DNA of 64,000 bases from a virus. Numbering within the stretch: position 1 is the stretch's first letter; every line of letters starts with the position of its first letter. The position numbers were made by a program, and so were the translations under genes. Shown one piece after another: positions 21,619 to 30,021 of this stretch. Location: the IMG/VR virus record IMGVR_UViG_3300002053_001113, positions 1 through 64,000 of that record. One strand, 5' to 3'. The notes beneath the pieces are model-generated. The model was not told where the DNA came from. It searched no databases and saw only the letters and a list, made by a program, of their open reading frames with translations.

Positions 21619-22037
21619 ATATAGTTATTAAGTTAATGGTTTTTAGTATAGTATTAAATTTTGCCACAGGTGTAATGATGGCAGCTATACCTGCTTTTGA
21701 TGTTTCAAATACTGGAGGACTTGTTTATGAGACTGATTATGCAGGAGAGTTTGTGAGTGGAATGAATCAAACAATTCAACCAGTGAGTGAGTTAGAGAGT
21801 AAAGGAGACCAAATTTATAGGTTGTTAGACTTAATGAATTTAGGATTTATAAATAAATTGATACAGACAATAGATAAATATATGTTTGGGTTTGTAAATA
21901 TTTTACAAGCAGTTATTGGGCCTGCATTAGACCCAGCAGTACGAACGATAGTATTTAGTGGACTAAAAACTATAATAACAATAGGTTATTTATTTGGAGC
22001 ATTCTATCTATTTACAGGTAGAGATGTGAGGGACTAA
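21615..22037 (+). CDS. Membrane protein, probable virion component
   Basis: N- and C-terminal hydrophobic segments; coupled to the upstream adhesin. Confidence 0.72.
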   Translation: MNIVIKLMVFSIVLNFATGVMMAAIPAFDVSNTGGLVYETDYAGEFVSGMNQTIQPVSELESKGDQIYRLLDLMNLGFINKLIQTIDKYMFGFVNILQAVIGPALDPAVRTIVFSGLKTIITIGYLFGAFYLFTGRDVRD

Positions 22038-22038
22038 A

Positions 22039-22329
22039 ATGGTTAATGCAACAGGATGGACAGAACTTTTGGATGCGAACTTAATTGGTGCAGCTTTTAC
22101 TATGTTTGATACTGCATTTGTTGGGTGGACTGTTGCTATATTATTTTTTGTTTTTCAGTTTATGATAATAGTAAAAACCAGAAACGTGACTATTGCTTGG
22201 ACTGTTGGAATATTGTTCGCAAGTCTTTATGCTGTAAGTGCATTTGTAAAACCAATTAGCATACAAGTAATATTTTTATTGTTGGTTTTTGAATTAGCAG
22301 GCATAATATATTTATTATTGTGGAAATAA
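22039..22329 (+). CDS. Small 3-TM membrane protein
   Basis: Almost entirely hydrophobic; within the virion cluster. Confidence 0.72.
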   Translation: MVNATGWTELLDANLIGAAFTMFDTAFVGWTVAILFFVFQFMIIVKTRNVTIAWTVGILFASLYAVSAFVKPISIQVIFLLLVFELAGIIYLLLWK

Positions 22330-22330
22330 A

Positions 22331-22558
22331 ATGGCGAAACGAAAAGTTATCATTACAAATAACAGAGAAATTTATGAAAAACTTAATATGCTAAATTTTT
22401 CACCCGAGGTTGTATTAAAAGGTGTGAAAGAACTTCAAATTAATAGAATATTGAATAACATTAATAGTTCAAGTAAAATCTTAGATAGTGAGATTTTAGG
22501 CGACTATATACTTATTAAAAAAATTGGTCCAATTAACTATCAAGTATATTTAAAGTAA
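22331..22558 (+). CDS. Hypothetical protein
   Basis: ORF track; tightly packed. Confidence 0.55.
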   Translation: MAKRKVIITNNREIYEKLNMLNFSPEVVLKGVKELQINRILNNINSSSKILDSEILGDYILIKKIGPINYQVYLK

Positions 22559-22562
22559 TATC

Positions 22563-22584
22563 AAAAAAATATATATATAAAGGA
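22563..22584 (+). promoter_or_regulatory. Putative late promoter of capsid genes
   Basis: AAAAAAATATATATATAAAGGA, about 40 bp upstream of the capsid gene. Confidence 0.72.
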
Positions 22585-22625
22585 GAAGGATTACTTATAT
22601 TACAAAGAAACGGAGGTATAATACA

Positions 22626-22850
22626 ATGTTTATGCAAATAGCAATTGGGGCAATTGGAATTGGTGTTGTGTTAATGGTAGGTTATTTAGTTATTGCTCAG
22701 GTAAGAGCTGCACTACCAACCACAATTAATGATAGCAATTTGACAGCAGCTTTGTCAAGTACACAAGCAACAGTATTTGCAGGATTTGGGTTAATCGCTG
22801 TAGGTATAATTGTGTTAGCAGCATTTGGACTGATTAACATCTTTAAATAA
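22626..22850 (+). CDS. Major capsid protein-like paralog 1 (fusellovirus VP1/His1-type two-helix hydrophobic protein)
   Basis: 74 aa, two hydrophobic helices flanking a polar loop with N-sequons; LVIAQV resembles SSV1 VP1 VIVSQV; CGGAGG RBS. Confidence 0.75.
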   Translation: MFMQIAIGAIGIGVVLMVGYLVIAQVRAALPTTINDSNLTAALSSTQATVFAGFGLIAVGIIVLAAFGLINIFK

Positions 22851-22880
22851 GACTTGCTGAAAAGCGGAGGTAATTAGAAG

Positions 22881-23177
22881 ATGTTTATGCAGATAGCAAT
22901 TGGAGCTATAGGAATTGGCGTTGTACTAATGGTTGGCTATTTAGTAATAGCACAGGTTAGAGGTGCTTTGCCAGTACCACAGATTAGCAATCCGTGTTAT
23001 GGAACAAACCTAACAGGTGATTGTGCAGGAGGTGACAACACCAGTTTATTGATTAATGACCCAGGTTATGTTTCAGGAATAACAGGAACACAAGCGACAG
23101 TATTTGCAGGGTTTGGTTTGCTTGCTGTAGGAATTATTGTACTTGCTGCATTTGGTTTAATTAATATTTTCAAATAG
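22881..23177 (+). CDS. Capsid protein-like paralog 2 with a Cys-pair loop insertion
   Basis: Helices near-identical to paralog 1; longer loop PCYGTNLTGDC. Confidence 0.75.
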   Translation: MFMQIAIGAIGIGVVLMVGYLVIAQVRGALPVPQISNPCYGTNLTGDCAGGDNTSLLINDPGYVSGITGTQATVFAGFGLLAVGIIVLAAFGLINIFK

Positions 23178-23234
23178 GCAGGTTCATACAACGATAGAGT
23201 TTTAATAAAAAAACACAACGGAGGGATAGCCAAA

Positions 23235-23456
23235 ATGTTTATGCAGATAGCAATTGGGGCAATCGGCATTGGCGTAGTCCTTATGGTTGGATACCTTGTG
23301 ATAGCACAGGTAAGAGCTGCATTGCCAGCTTCTGCTGACGGAAACGTCACTGCAGGTTTGGCAAGCACGCAGGCTACTGTGTTTGCAGGTTTCGGCCTAA
23401 TTGCCGTCGGTATAATTGTACTGGCTGCATTTGGACTCATCAACATCTTTAAATAA
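23235..23456 (+). CDS. Capsid protein-like paralog 3
   Basis: Identical helices, short loop ASADGNVTAG; CGGAGG RBS. Confidence 0.75.
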   Translation: MFMQIAIGAIGIGVVLMVGYLVIAQVRAALPASADGNVTAGLASTQATVFAGFGLIAVGIIVLAAFGLINIFK

Positions 23457-23512
23457 ATTTAAAGATGCAAAATGCTGTATAGTATGGTAAATTTTTTTAT
23501 TTTTTTTCTATT
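23445..23512 (+). terminator. Hairpin plus T-tract terminator after the capsid genes
   Basis: CATCTTTAAAT-AA-ATTTAAAGATG inverted repeat followed by TTTTTTTATTTTTTTTCT. Confidence 0.55.
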
Positions 23513-23558
23513 TCTACCAAAACATTTAAATAGTAGAAGGTTAGTATTATTTAGTAAA

Positions 23559-23693
23559 ATGTTAAAAACAATAAAGGTGAAGGAAAGAACTCATTCTAGA
23601 CTTAAGGAAGTTGGGCAAATGGGGGAGACATTTGATAGTTTATTTAATAGGCTAATAGACGAGTTTAAGAAAAACAATGGGGAGGGAGGTTAG
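23559..23693 (+). CDS. Ribbon-helix-helix DNA-binding protein (VapB/CopG-like), leaderless
   Basis: MLKTIKVKERTHSRLKEVG...ETFDSLFNRLI; TATA element (CAAAACATTTAAATA) about 25 bp upstream. Confidence 0.75.
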   Translation: MLKTIKVKERTHSRLKEVGQMGETFDSLFNRLIDEFKKNNGEGG

Positions 23694-23696
23694 AAA

Positions 23697-24017
23697 ATGT
23701 TAATAGAACTTTTTATATTTTTTCAGATTGTTGTACTGGTATTGTTTGCAGTTTCTTTTTTTACCAAACAAGAGGTACTTTGGGCACTGACCATTGTAGT
23801 TGCTGGAATTTTGATGTTTACTGCCTATCATGTTGAAACTTATGTGTATGAATATAATACTACCACAGGTGCTTATGACCCAATGATAGTTTCACACAAT
23901 TATCCATATTTAATGGGCATCAATTTATTATTTTTTGTATTGGCTTTAATATTTGGCTTATTTGATTTGTTTGATAAGTATGGTATAAAGCTTAAAAAGA
24001 AAAGACGGCAGGTGTGA
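23697..24017 (+). CDS. 3-TM membrane protein
   Basis: ORF track; GGAGG RBS. Confidence 0.72.
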   Translation: MLIELFIFFQIVVLVLFAVSFFTKQEVLWALTIVVAGILMFTAYHVETYVYEYNTTTGAYDPMIVSHNYPYLMGINLLFFVLALIFGLFDLFDKYGIKLKKKRRQV

Positions 24018-24018
24018 T

Positions 24019-25950
24019 ATGAGGTTAAAGGCTCTAGTAATTTTAATAATGCTGGTTCTACTTTGTAATCTTTCTTTTGCTTATAATATTTTTAGTCCAG
24101 AGAGTCCACCAGGTGTTGCACCAGGACAAGTTTGTTTAATTTCTGGTGGAACTGGGTGCAATATGAGCGGACCAATTTATATGAATAATAATAATATTTA
24201 TGATGGTGTATTTATTAATGCGACGTGGGTTGGAATAATTTATATTAATGCAACACAAGTTTTAAATGAGTATTGGGTAAATGAAAGTGGAGACATAATG
24301 ACTGGAGATTTAAATATGAACAATAATGATATTCAGAATGTTGGTGAGTTTACAAACTTTTTTGATACTATGTGTCCTGGTAATCAATATATTTATGATA
24401 TAAATGATAATGGTAGTTTTTCGTGTGGGACACCAATTGACACCTGGTGGCCACTAGGCGGTAGTTTTTTATATAATTGTAGTGGAAGTTTATGTTTTGA
24501 TGAAAGTAAATTAAATGATACTATTGATGCAAGAGATACAGACACCTGGTGGCCAATTGCAGGTTATTTAATTAATGATAGTGGAAATTTAAATGTTAAT
24601 GAAAGTATGTTAAATAAAACAATAAGTGGAGTAATTAATTTTTCAGAACATTGGGTTGATGAGGAAGGAGACACAATGAGTGGAGATTTAAATATGTCTT
24701 TTCATAACATAAGTGAAGTTGCTACTATAAGAGCAGATTATTATGGTAGTAATTCACCAATTAGATTTGTTGATGAGAATGGAACTGTTATTGCTCAGAT
24801 GTCAACAACAAATTACACAGGTTGGGGTAGTGAGTATGGTGATATAGTGGCAAGGACAATAACAGTAGATAGGCTAATAATAAGAGGGTTATTGAATTAT
24901 AGTAATACAGAACCTCCAGATGTATGGGATGCTGACGAGATTTATATTAATGAATTTAATTTTACTTTTTATTTTAATGAAAGTATGTTGAACAATACTA
25001 TTGATACAAAAATTGTGGAGTTTAATTTTTCAAGATGGCCTTTGGGTGATGATTATTTAGTTAATTGTTCTGGAAGTTTATGTATGAATGAGAGTAAATT
25101 AAATGCAACTATTGAAACAGTTTCTAATGAGACAGACCCATATTTTCATTATTATTTTATTTATAATCAGTCAACAGGTTATTTAGAATTATGGGTTAAT
25201 AATACAAAACAACAGGAGTGGGGTAACTCTACTAATGTTTATGGTAAGGCAACATTTTATGGAAATTCATTCTTTCAAAATATGACTGGAAACGATTTAC
25301 TTATAGATGCAAATGTTAGAGTGGCTTATAATATAAATGTAAGTGGTTGGTATTATGGCAATGGAAGTAGGCTTGAGGGGGTTTGTCTAACAAATGGAAG
25401 TGGCTGTGGTCCTAACCAAACTGATACACGTATTAAGTCTACTCCACCTTATTTGTATGACAATAGCACACATATATTTTTTAATGAGAGTAGATTGAAT
25501 ATAACAATACAAGGTAATCTTAATGATACAGATACACACATACAAGGAGATGGTGTTTATTTATATGATAATTATACCACAATGTTTTTAAATGAAAGTA
25601 AGTTAAATAATACAATAACGTCGTTGGCAGATGTAAAGGCTTATGAATATAATTTTACAGTTGTGGTGAGTGGAGGGACAGGAAGTGCAGTATCAGGCCA
25701 GACTTTTAACTATTTGATTACACAAGTGACAGTATATCCGCCAACAACTCCTATAAGTTACCATTTTGAGCTTAATGAAACAACAAGTGGTGATATAATT
25801 GATAGAGATAGAAAGGCACACACAGGGGTTTGGGATATCTATAAACAACACAGTTTGAATGATAGTGTAACAGCAACTATCACAAATTCAAATCAGGATG
25901 GTAATTTTACTGTTAGAATAAAGTATATTGATAATGTAATACAGGTATAG
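24019..25950 (+). CDS. Secreted fibre-like glycoprotein with (F/M/V)NESxLNxTI repeats
   Basis: Signal peptide; about 6 NES(K/M/R)LNxTI repeats; two WV(N/D)ExGD(I/T)M(T/S)GDLNM motifs like phage fibre GDTMTG motifs. Confidence 0.78.
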   Translation: MRLKALVILIMLVLLCNLSFAYNIFSPESPPGVAPGQVCLISGGTGCNMSGPIYMNNNNIYDGVFINATWVGIIYINATQVLNEYWVNESGDIMTGDLNMNNNDIQNVGEFTNFFDTMCPGNQYIYDINDNGSFSCGTPIDTWWPLGGSFLYNCSGSLCFDESKLNDTIDARDTDTWWPIAGYLINDSGNLNVNESMLNKTISGVINFSEHWVDEEGDTMSGDLNMSFHNISEVATIRADYYGSNSPIRFVDENGTVIAQMSTTNYTGWGSEYGDIVARTITVDRLIIRGLLNYSNTEPPDVWDADEIYINEFNFTFYFNESMLNNTIDTKIVEFNFSRWPLGDDYLVNCSGSLCMNESKLNATIETVSNETDPYFHYYFIYNQSTGYLELWVNNTKQQEWGNSTNVYGKATFYGNSFFQNMTGNDLLIDANVRVAYNINVSGWYYGNGSRLEGVCLTNGSGCGPNQTDTRIKSTPPYLYDNSTHIFFNESRLNITIQGNLNDTDTHIQGDGVYLYDNYTTMFLNESKLNNTITSLADVKAYEYNFTVVVSGGTGSAVSGQTFNYLITQVTVYPPTTPISYHFELNETTSGDIIDRDRKAHTGVWDIYKQHSLNDSVTATITNSNQDGNFTVRIKYIDNVIQV

Positions 25951-25960
25951 GTGAGACAAA

Positions 25961-28045
25961 ATGAAAAAACTAATAATAATACCAATATGTTTGTTGTTTG
26001 TAATACCTTTTATTATGGCTGACCAGACTGTGAAAACTGTTGAAATACCTTTAGGATATGAGGCTATGGCAGGTGCTAATACAATTTATTATTATAATTT
26101 AAGTGTTGATTACCCAGATGGAATTGATAGAGTGTTGGCAATGGAAATATTAGTTAAAGGAGATTATGCTGCTAATACAATATCATATGCAGGATTTTTG
26201 GTTGATGATACAGTAGTATATTGCACACCATCACAATGGACTATTTATTTAACATCAAATAATTATGAAATGAGTTTTGATTGCACACCGTTATTACAAA
26301 GTGCTAATTGGCAAGGTGGAAATATAACTTTTGTAATGATGAGTGATACGCTTTCTGCTAATGTAAAAACAAGAGTTAAATTAACATATTACAATAATCC
26401 ATTAGCCAGTATGATTGTAACTGGAACTTATTATGAAAGTGGCGATATTGGAAGAGTTTATGTTCAAGTGGCTGATGATGGAGTTCCAGTTACCAATGCA
26501 AGTTGTTATGCTACTATTTATGCACCAGACTATACTATATGGGCTGATAGTCAATTATTAGTTGAACTACCAGGTGAATCAGGTATGTATGTTTATCCAT
26601 TTGTAGCACCCAACGAGACTGGTGTTTATGGCATAGCTGTGAGTTGTCAGTATGATTATAGTACATTTTGGGTATATCAGGCAGATGATATTGATTATGT
26701 TGATTATACTGTAACACTTGGTACTTGGGATGGAGGAGCTGCTATTAATTTAAATGATTATGCTGATGGTTTGTATATGGCGTTTACATCAGGAGGAGGA
26801 GCAACAAAAAGTGTTGATGTATATTATGATTTTGATATAACTGGTAAAGTAACTATAGATAATACAACAGATATATATTTACATTGGTTGGGAGAGGCTA
26901 CAGGTACACCAACACTTACTATGTATTGGTGGAATTGGACAAGTGGTGTTTGGGTAACTTTTCCAGACACATTAACACTTTCAGGAAAAGGAGGAACAGC
27001 TGCACCAACAGGCGCTGATGACTATTTATCAAGCAAATTTTTGTTTGACAATTATAATGATGTTATAAATAGTAGCAATATTATTAGAGTTAGAACACTG
27101 CTGGGGGGACCAGCAATTTTTAATTATTGGCATAATTGGTTGGCGTTACGTTTTAACTCACCATCTTCATCAACCTTAAGCCAAATTAGAGGTGGGGGAG
27201 AGATAAATGTAAAAAACAGATTAGAGGATATACCGTTTAATGTTTGGAATTATACAAACAGAACGCTAACAGCAACAGGACAACATTGGGTAGGAAAAAC
27301 TGAATATGTACCAAATGAGATAGGAAAGGTAGTTATTAGAGCTATTGATTCTAATGGAGAACCATTGGAGGGAGCTGATTGTGAGGTGGGTGTAGTTTAT
27401 CCAAATAATACTTTTTATATTAATAGAAGTAATATGACTGAGTGGGCAGGTAATATAACTGGTATTTATTATTTTGATTTCCTTGTTCCAGATGTTTCAG
27501 GAATATATACTTATGGTGTTGATTGTTTTAAAGGTGGAAAAGATTATTATATGTTAAATACGTTCCACGTGGTTGTTCCAGAAGTTTATGCAGTAAATAA
27601 TATAACATCTGAGGAGATTTGGAATTATACAAATAGAAATTTAACTTACTATCCACCAACCACAACTGCAGAAGGTGTTTGGAATTATACAAATAGAACG
27701 TTGACATATTATGAAGATGTTACAAATTATACCTTAATTCCAATTGATGTTTGGAATTATGCAAACAGGACACTAACGTATTATGATGTAAATAATATAA
27801 CACCAAATGATATCTGGGCATTTATTAATAGAAATTTAACTTACTACCCACCAACAACAACTGCAGAGCAAATTTGGAATTACACAAACAGGAATTTAAC
27901 TTATTATGAGGATACAACAAATTACACAAGAATACCAGATGATGTATGGGGTTATAGTGGTAATGTTACAAGTAATTTATTAGCACAATTTGCAACAGAC
28001 ATTTGGGGCTATGTGGCAAGATATACACACGGGGTGGTGATATAA
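25961..28045 (+). CDS. Secreted virion glycoprotein with Ig-like domains and C-terminal WNYTNRxLT repeats
   Basis: Signal peptide; two similar Ig-like modules (GRVYVQV...GMYVYPF and GKVVIRA...GIYYFDF); tandem W repeats. Confidence 0.78.
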   Translation: MKKLIIIPICLLFVIPFIMADQTVKTVEIPLGYEAMAGANTIYYYNLSVDYPDGIDRVLAMEILVKGDYAANTISYAGFLVDDTVVYCTPSQWTIYLTSNNYEMSFDCTPLLQSANWQGGNITFVMMSDTLSANVKTRVKLTYYNNPLASMIVTGTYYESGDIGRVYVQVADDGVPVTNASCYATIYAPDYTIWADSQLLVELPGESGMYVYPFVAPNETGVYGIAVSCQYDYSTFWVYQADDIDYVDYTVTLGTWDGGAAINLNDYADGLYMAFTSGGGATKSVDVYYDFDITGKVTIDNTTDIYLHWLGEATGTPTLTMYWWNWTSGVWVTFPDTLTLSGKGGTAAPTGADDYLSSKFLFDNYNDVINSSNIIRVRTLLGGPAIFNYWHNWLALRFNSPSSSTLSQIRGGGEINVKNRLEDIPFNVWNYTNRTLTATGQHWVGKTEYVPNEIGKVVIRAIDSNGEPLEGADCEVGVVYPNNTFYINRSNMTEWAGNITGIYYFDFLVPDVSGIYTYGVDCFKGGKDYYMLNTFHVVVPEVYAVNNITSEEIWNYTNRNLTYYPPTTTAEGVWNYTNRTLTYYEDVTNYTLIPIDVWNYANRTLTYYDVNNITPNDIWAFINRNLTYYPPTTTAEQIWNYTNRNLTYYEDTTNYTRIPDDVWGYSGNVTSNLLAQFATDIWGYVARYTHGVVI
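27595..28015 (+). repeat. In-frame tandem repeat encoding (I/V)WNYTNRxLTYY units
   Basis: About 7 imperfect copies, e.g. TTTGGAATTATACAAATAGAA; one further copy near 27243. Confidence 0.8.
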
Positions 28046-28046
28046 A

Positions 28047-28610
28047 ATGGATGAAAGAACGCCAGTGCATAGAATAGAAGGATTAGGTAGACAACAGCTT
28101 CCACCAGAGTTAATGCCTCGTCAAAGAAGAGCTTTACAACAACAAATGGCGCCAAATCCATTTGCTGTTGAACAATATAGAAATATTGGTCTGCCTGATA
28201 TGCCAGTAAGTTTTGGTGGGGGTATGACTGAAACTATGTTGAACAATAGCGAGGTTCCTGAAGAGATTAGGAATAGGTTTTGGTATATATTCCATAAAGA
28301 TAATGTATTAACATTTTTAGATGAGGACAGAAAGGAGAGTAAGTTATTAAATTATGATATTATTAAAATTGATATATTGAATAGTATTCCATATTATGAC
28401 TACACGTTTGAACAGGAATTACAGTTTGATATGTTGAGAAATGTTTTAGAGACTAAATTAGATAGAGCATTAGGATTTAAAGGCCAGAATATTAAAAATG
28501 AAAGAATAATGCTTCAATCACAATTTAGTGAACAGAGACATATAAGTGAAACAGGAGATGGAGGACCAATTAAAGAAGGGTTCTTTAAACGTTTGCTTGG
28601 CAGAAGGTAA
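28047..28610 (+). CDS. Hypothetical protein, virion/morphogenesis cluster
   Basis: ORF track; amphipathic C-terminus GFFKRLLGRR. Confidence 0.75.
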   Translation: MDERTPVHRIEGLGRQQLPPELMPRQRRALQQQMAPNPFAVEQYRNIGLPDMPVSFGGGMTETMLNNSEVPEEIRNRFWYIFHKDNVLTFLDEDRKESKLLNYDIIKIDILNSIPYYDYTFEQELQFDMLRNVLETKLDRALGFKGQNIKNERIMLQSQFSEQRHISETGDGGPIKEGFFKRLLGRR

Positions 28611-28626
28611 ATAGGGGGTTTTAGAA

Positions 28627-29286
28627 ATGGCGTTAGAATGGTTGACAAATATTTATCTATGGATAGGAATATCATTATTGTTTATATTGTTATTTGGAAT
28701 ATTAATGGTATTTTTAGTAATCTTGGCGAAGAAGACACACGCAATCGTGGAGTTTAAAGCTTGGAGAAAAGGAAAACCAATTGCTTTATTCTTTTTAGAA
28801 AATAGATATTGTGAGTGGAAGCCTGTTATACCCGAGGCAGGTATAATACAAGATGACAATTATGGTTCCTTTATAATAAATGAAAGAGCTACTTATGTTG
28901 ATAAAAGAACAAAGGCTGTTTTAATTCCTTTTGATGCTTCATTTGGTGCAAGTGTAAATGTGCATGCAGCAAAGTTAGCAGATGATTTACAATATGTAGT
29001 AAAAGATGAAGAGGAGCTAAAAAAATTACGTTATGCTATAGCACACAATTTAATTGATGACAACGTGACTATAACAGCACTTAAAACAAGCATACATTTT
29101 GGAGCAGTTAAAAATATGATGACTGCACTAATACCACATAATATAAGTGCTAAAATTGAGAAGATAGTTGCTTCAAGAATGAGAAATTATGGTAAAATTA
29201 ATGTGCCACATATAGCACTTTTATTTGCTGCTATATTAGGTGCAATTATAATTGGGTATTTAATAATAAGAGTAGCAGCTAAATAA
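28627..29286 (+). CDS. Membrane protein (N- and C-terminal TM)
   Basis: ORF track; two hydrophobic ends. Confidence 0.75.
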   Translation: MALEWLTNIYLWIGISLLFILLFGILMVFLVILAKKTHAIVEFKAWRKGKPIALFFLENRYCEWKPVIPEAGIIQDDNYGSFIINERATYVDKRTKAVLIPFDASFGASVNVHAAKLADDLQYVVKDEEELKKLRYAIAHNLIDDNVTITALKTSIHFGAVKNMMTALIPHNISAKIEKIVASRMRNYGKINVPHIALLFAAILGAIIIGYLIIRVAAK

Positions 29287-29287
29287 A

Positions 29288-29956
29288 ATGGCAACAGCAA
29301 CTGGACCTCCAGCAGCAAGTTATAAATTTAACACCTTTCAGGAGATTAAGTCTCATTCATCTATTTTGTATAATGAAAGAATGGCAATTCTTTTTTATTT
29401 GTTAGATATGAGAAGTATTGAAATGAATAGAGACTTTAGCGTTCATAGTATGTTGGAGGTTAGGGCAATATTAAAACAGATTTATAAGAATATAAGAATG
29501 TTGATACGTAACAACCCAACAGTTAGGGCGACATTAAACTTGGAGACAAAAGACCCAGGCATTTACATAACTGATTTTGCTATGGGCACAATTGATAGAA
29601 TGATTGAATATTGTGATACCAATGAATATACTACAAGGAGAATTTATATTATTATTAATGAGCTTAATAGGTTAGAGATGTTAATGAAGGACATTTTACA
29701 ATACTTCCATTACTTTATACGTCCTGATTTCAGGCAAAAACCAGATATTGAGATTGCTACTGAAAGCTATAAAGAAATAGCTGATAAACGTACTATTGAA
29801 GAATTAAAAGAGATTGTTGGAAAATCACACACTATTGATTTTGAAAATTTAGGAACAAGTAGAGTGGAATTAACACAGGAAATAGAATATGATAAAGTTG
29901 TTGATGGTCCTGAGGATGAGGATGAAGACGAAGATAATACACTTGATTCTAGTTAA
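29288..29956 (+). CDS. Hypothetical helical protein with acidic tail
   Basis: ORF track. Confidence 0.75.
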   Translation: MATATGPPAASYKFNTFQEIKSHSSILYNERMAILFYLLDMRSIEMNRDFSVHSMLEVRAILKQIYKNIRMLIRNNPTVRATLNLETKDPGIYITDFAMGTIDRMIEYCDTNEYTTRRIYIIINELNRLEMLMKDILQYFHYFIRPDFRQKPDIEIATESYKEIADKRTIEELKEIVGKSHTIDFENLGTSRVELTQEIEYDKVVDGPEDEDEDEDNTLDSS

Positions 29957-29958
29957 AT

Positions 29959-29977
29959 AAAAATATATATATAAAGA
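29959..29977 (+). promoter_or_regulatory. Putative late promoter
   Basis: AAAAATATATATATAAAGA. Confidence 0.7.
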
Positions 29978-30021
29978 AGGAGACTAATAATAGTTTTAAA
30001 TTAGAGGGTAATGGAGAAAAA

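Noticed and set aside
27595-28015. CRISPR-like periodic repeats
   Set aside because: The repeats are degenerate, in frame and encode WNYTNR peptide units inside a CDS; no cas genes.
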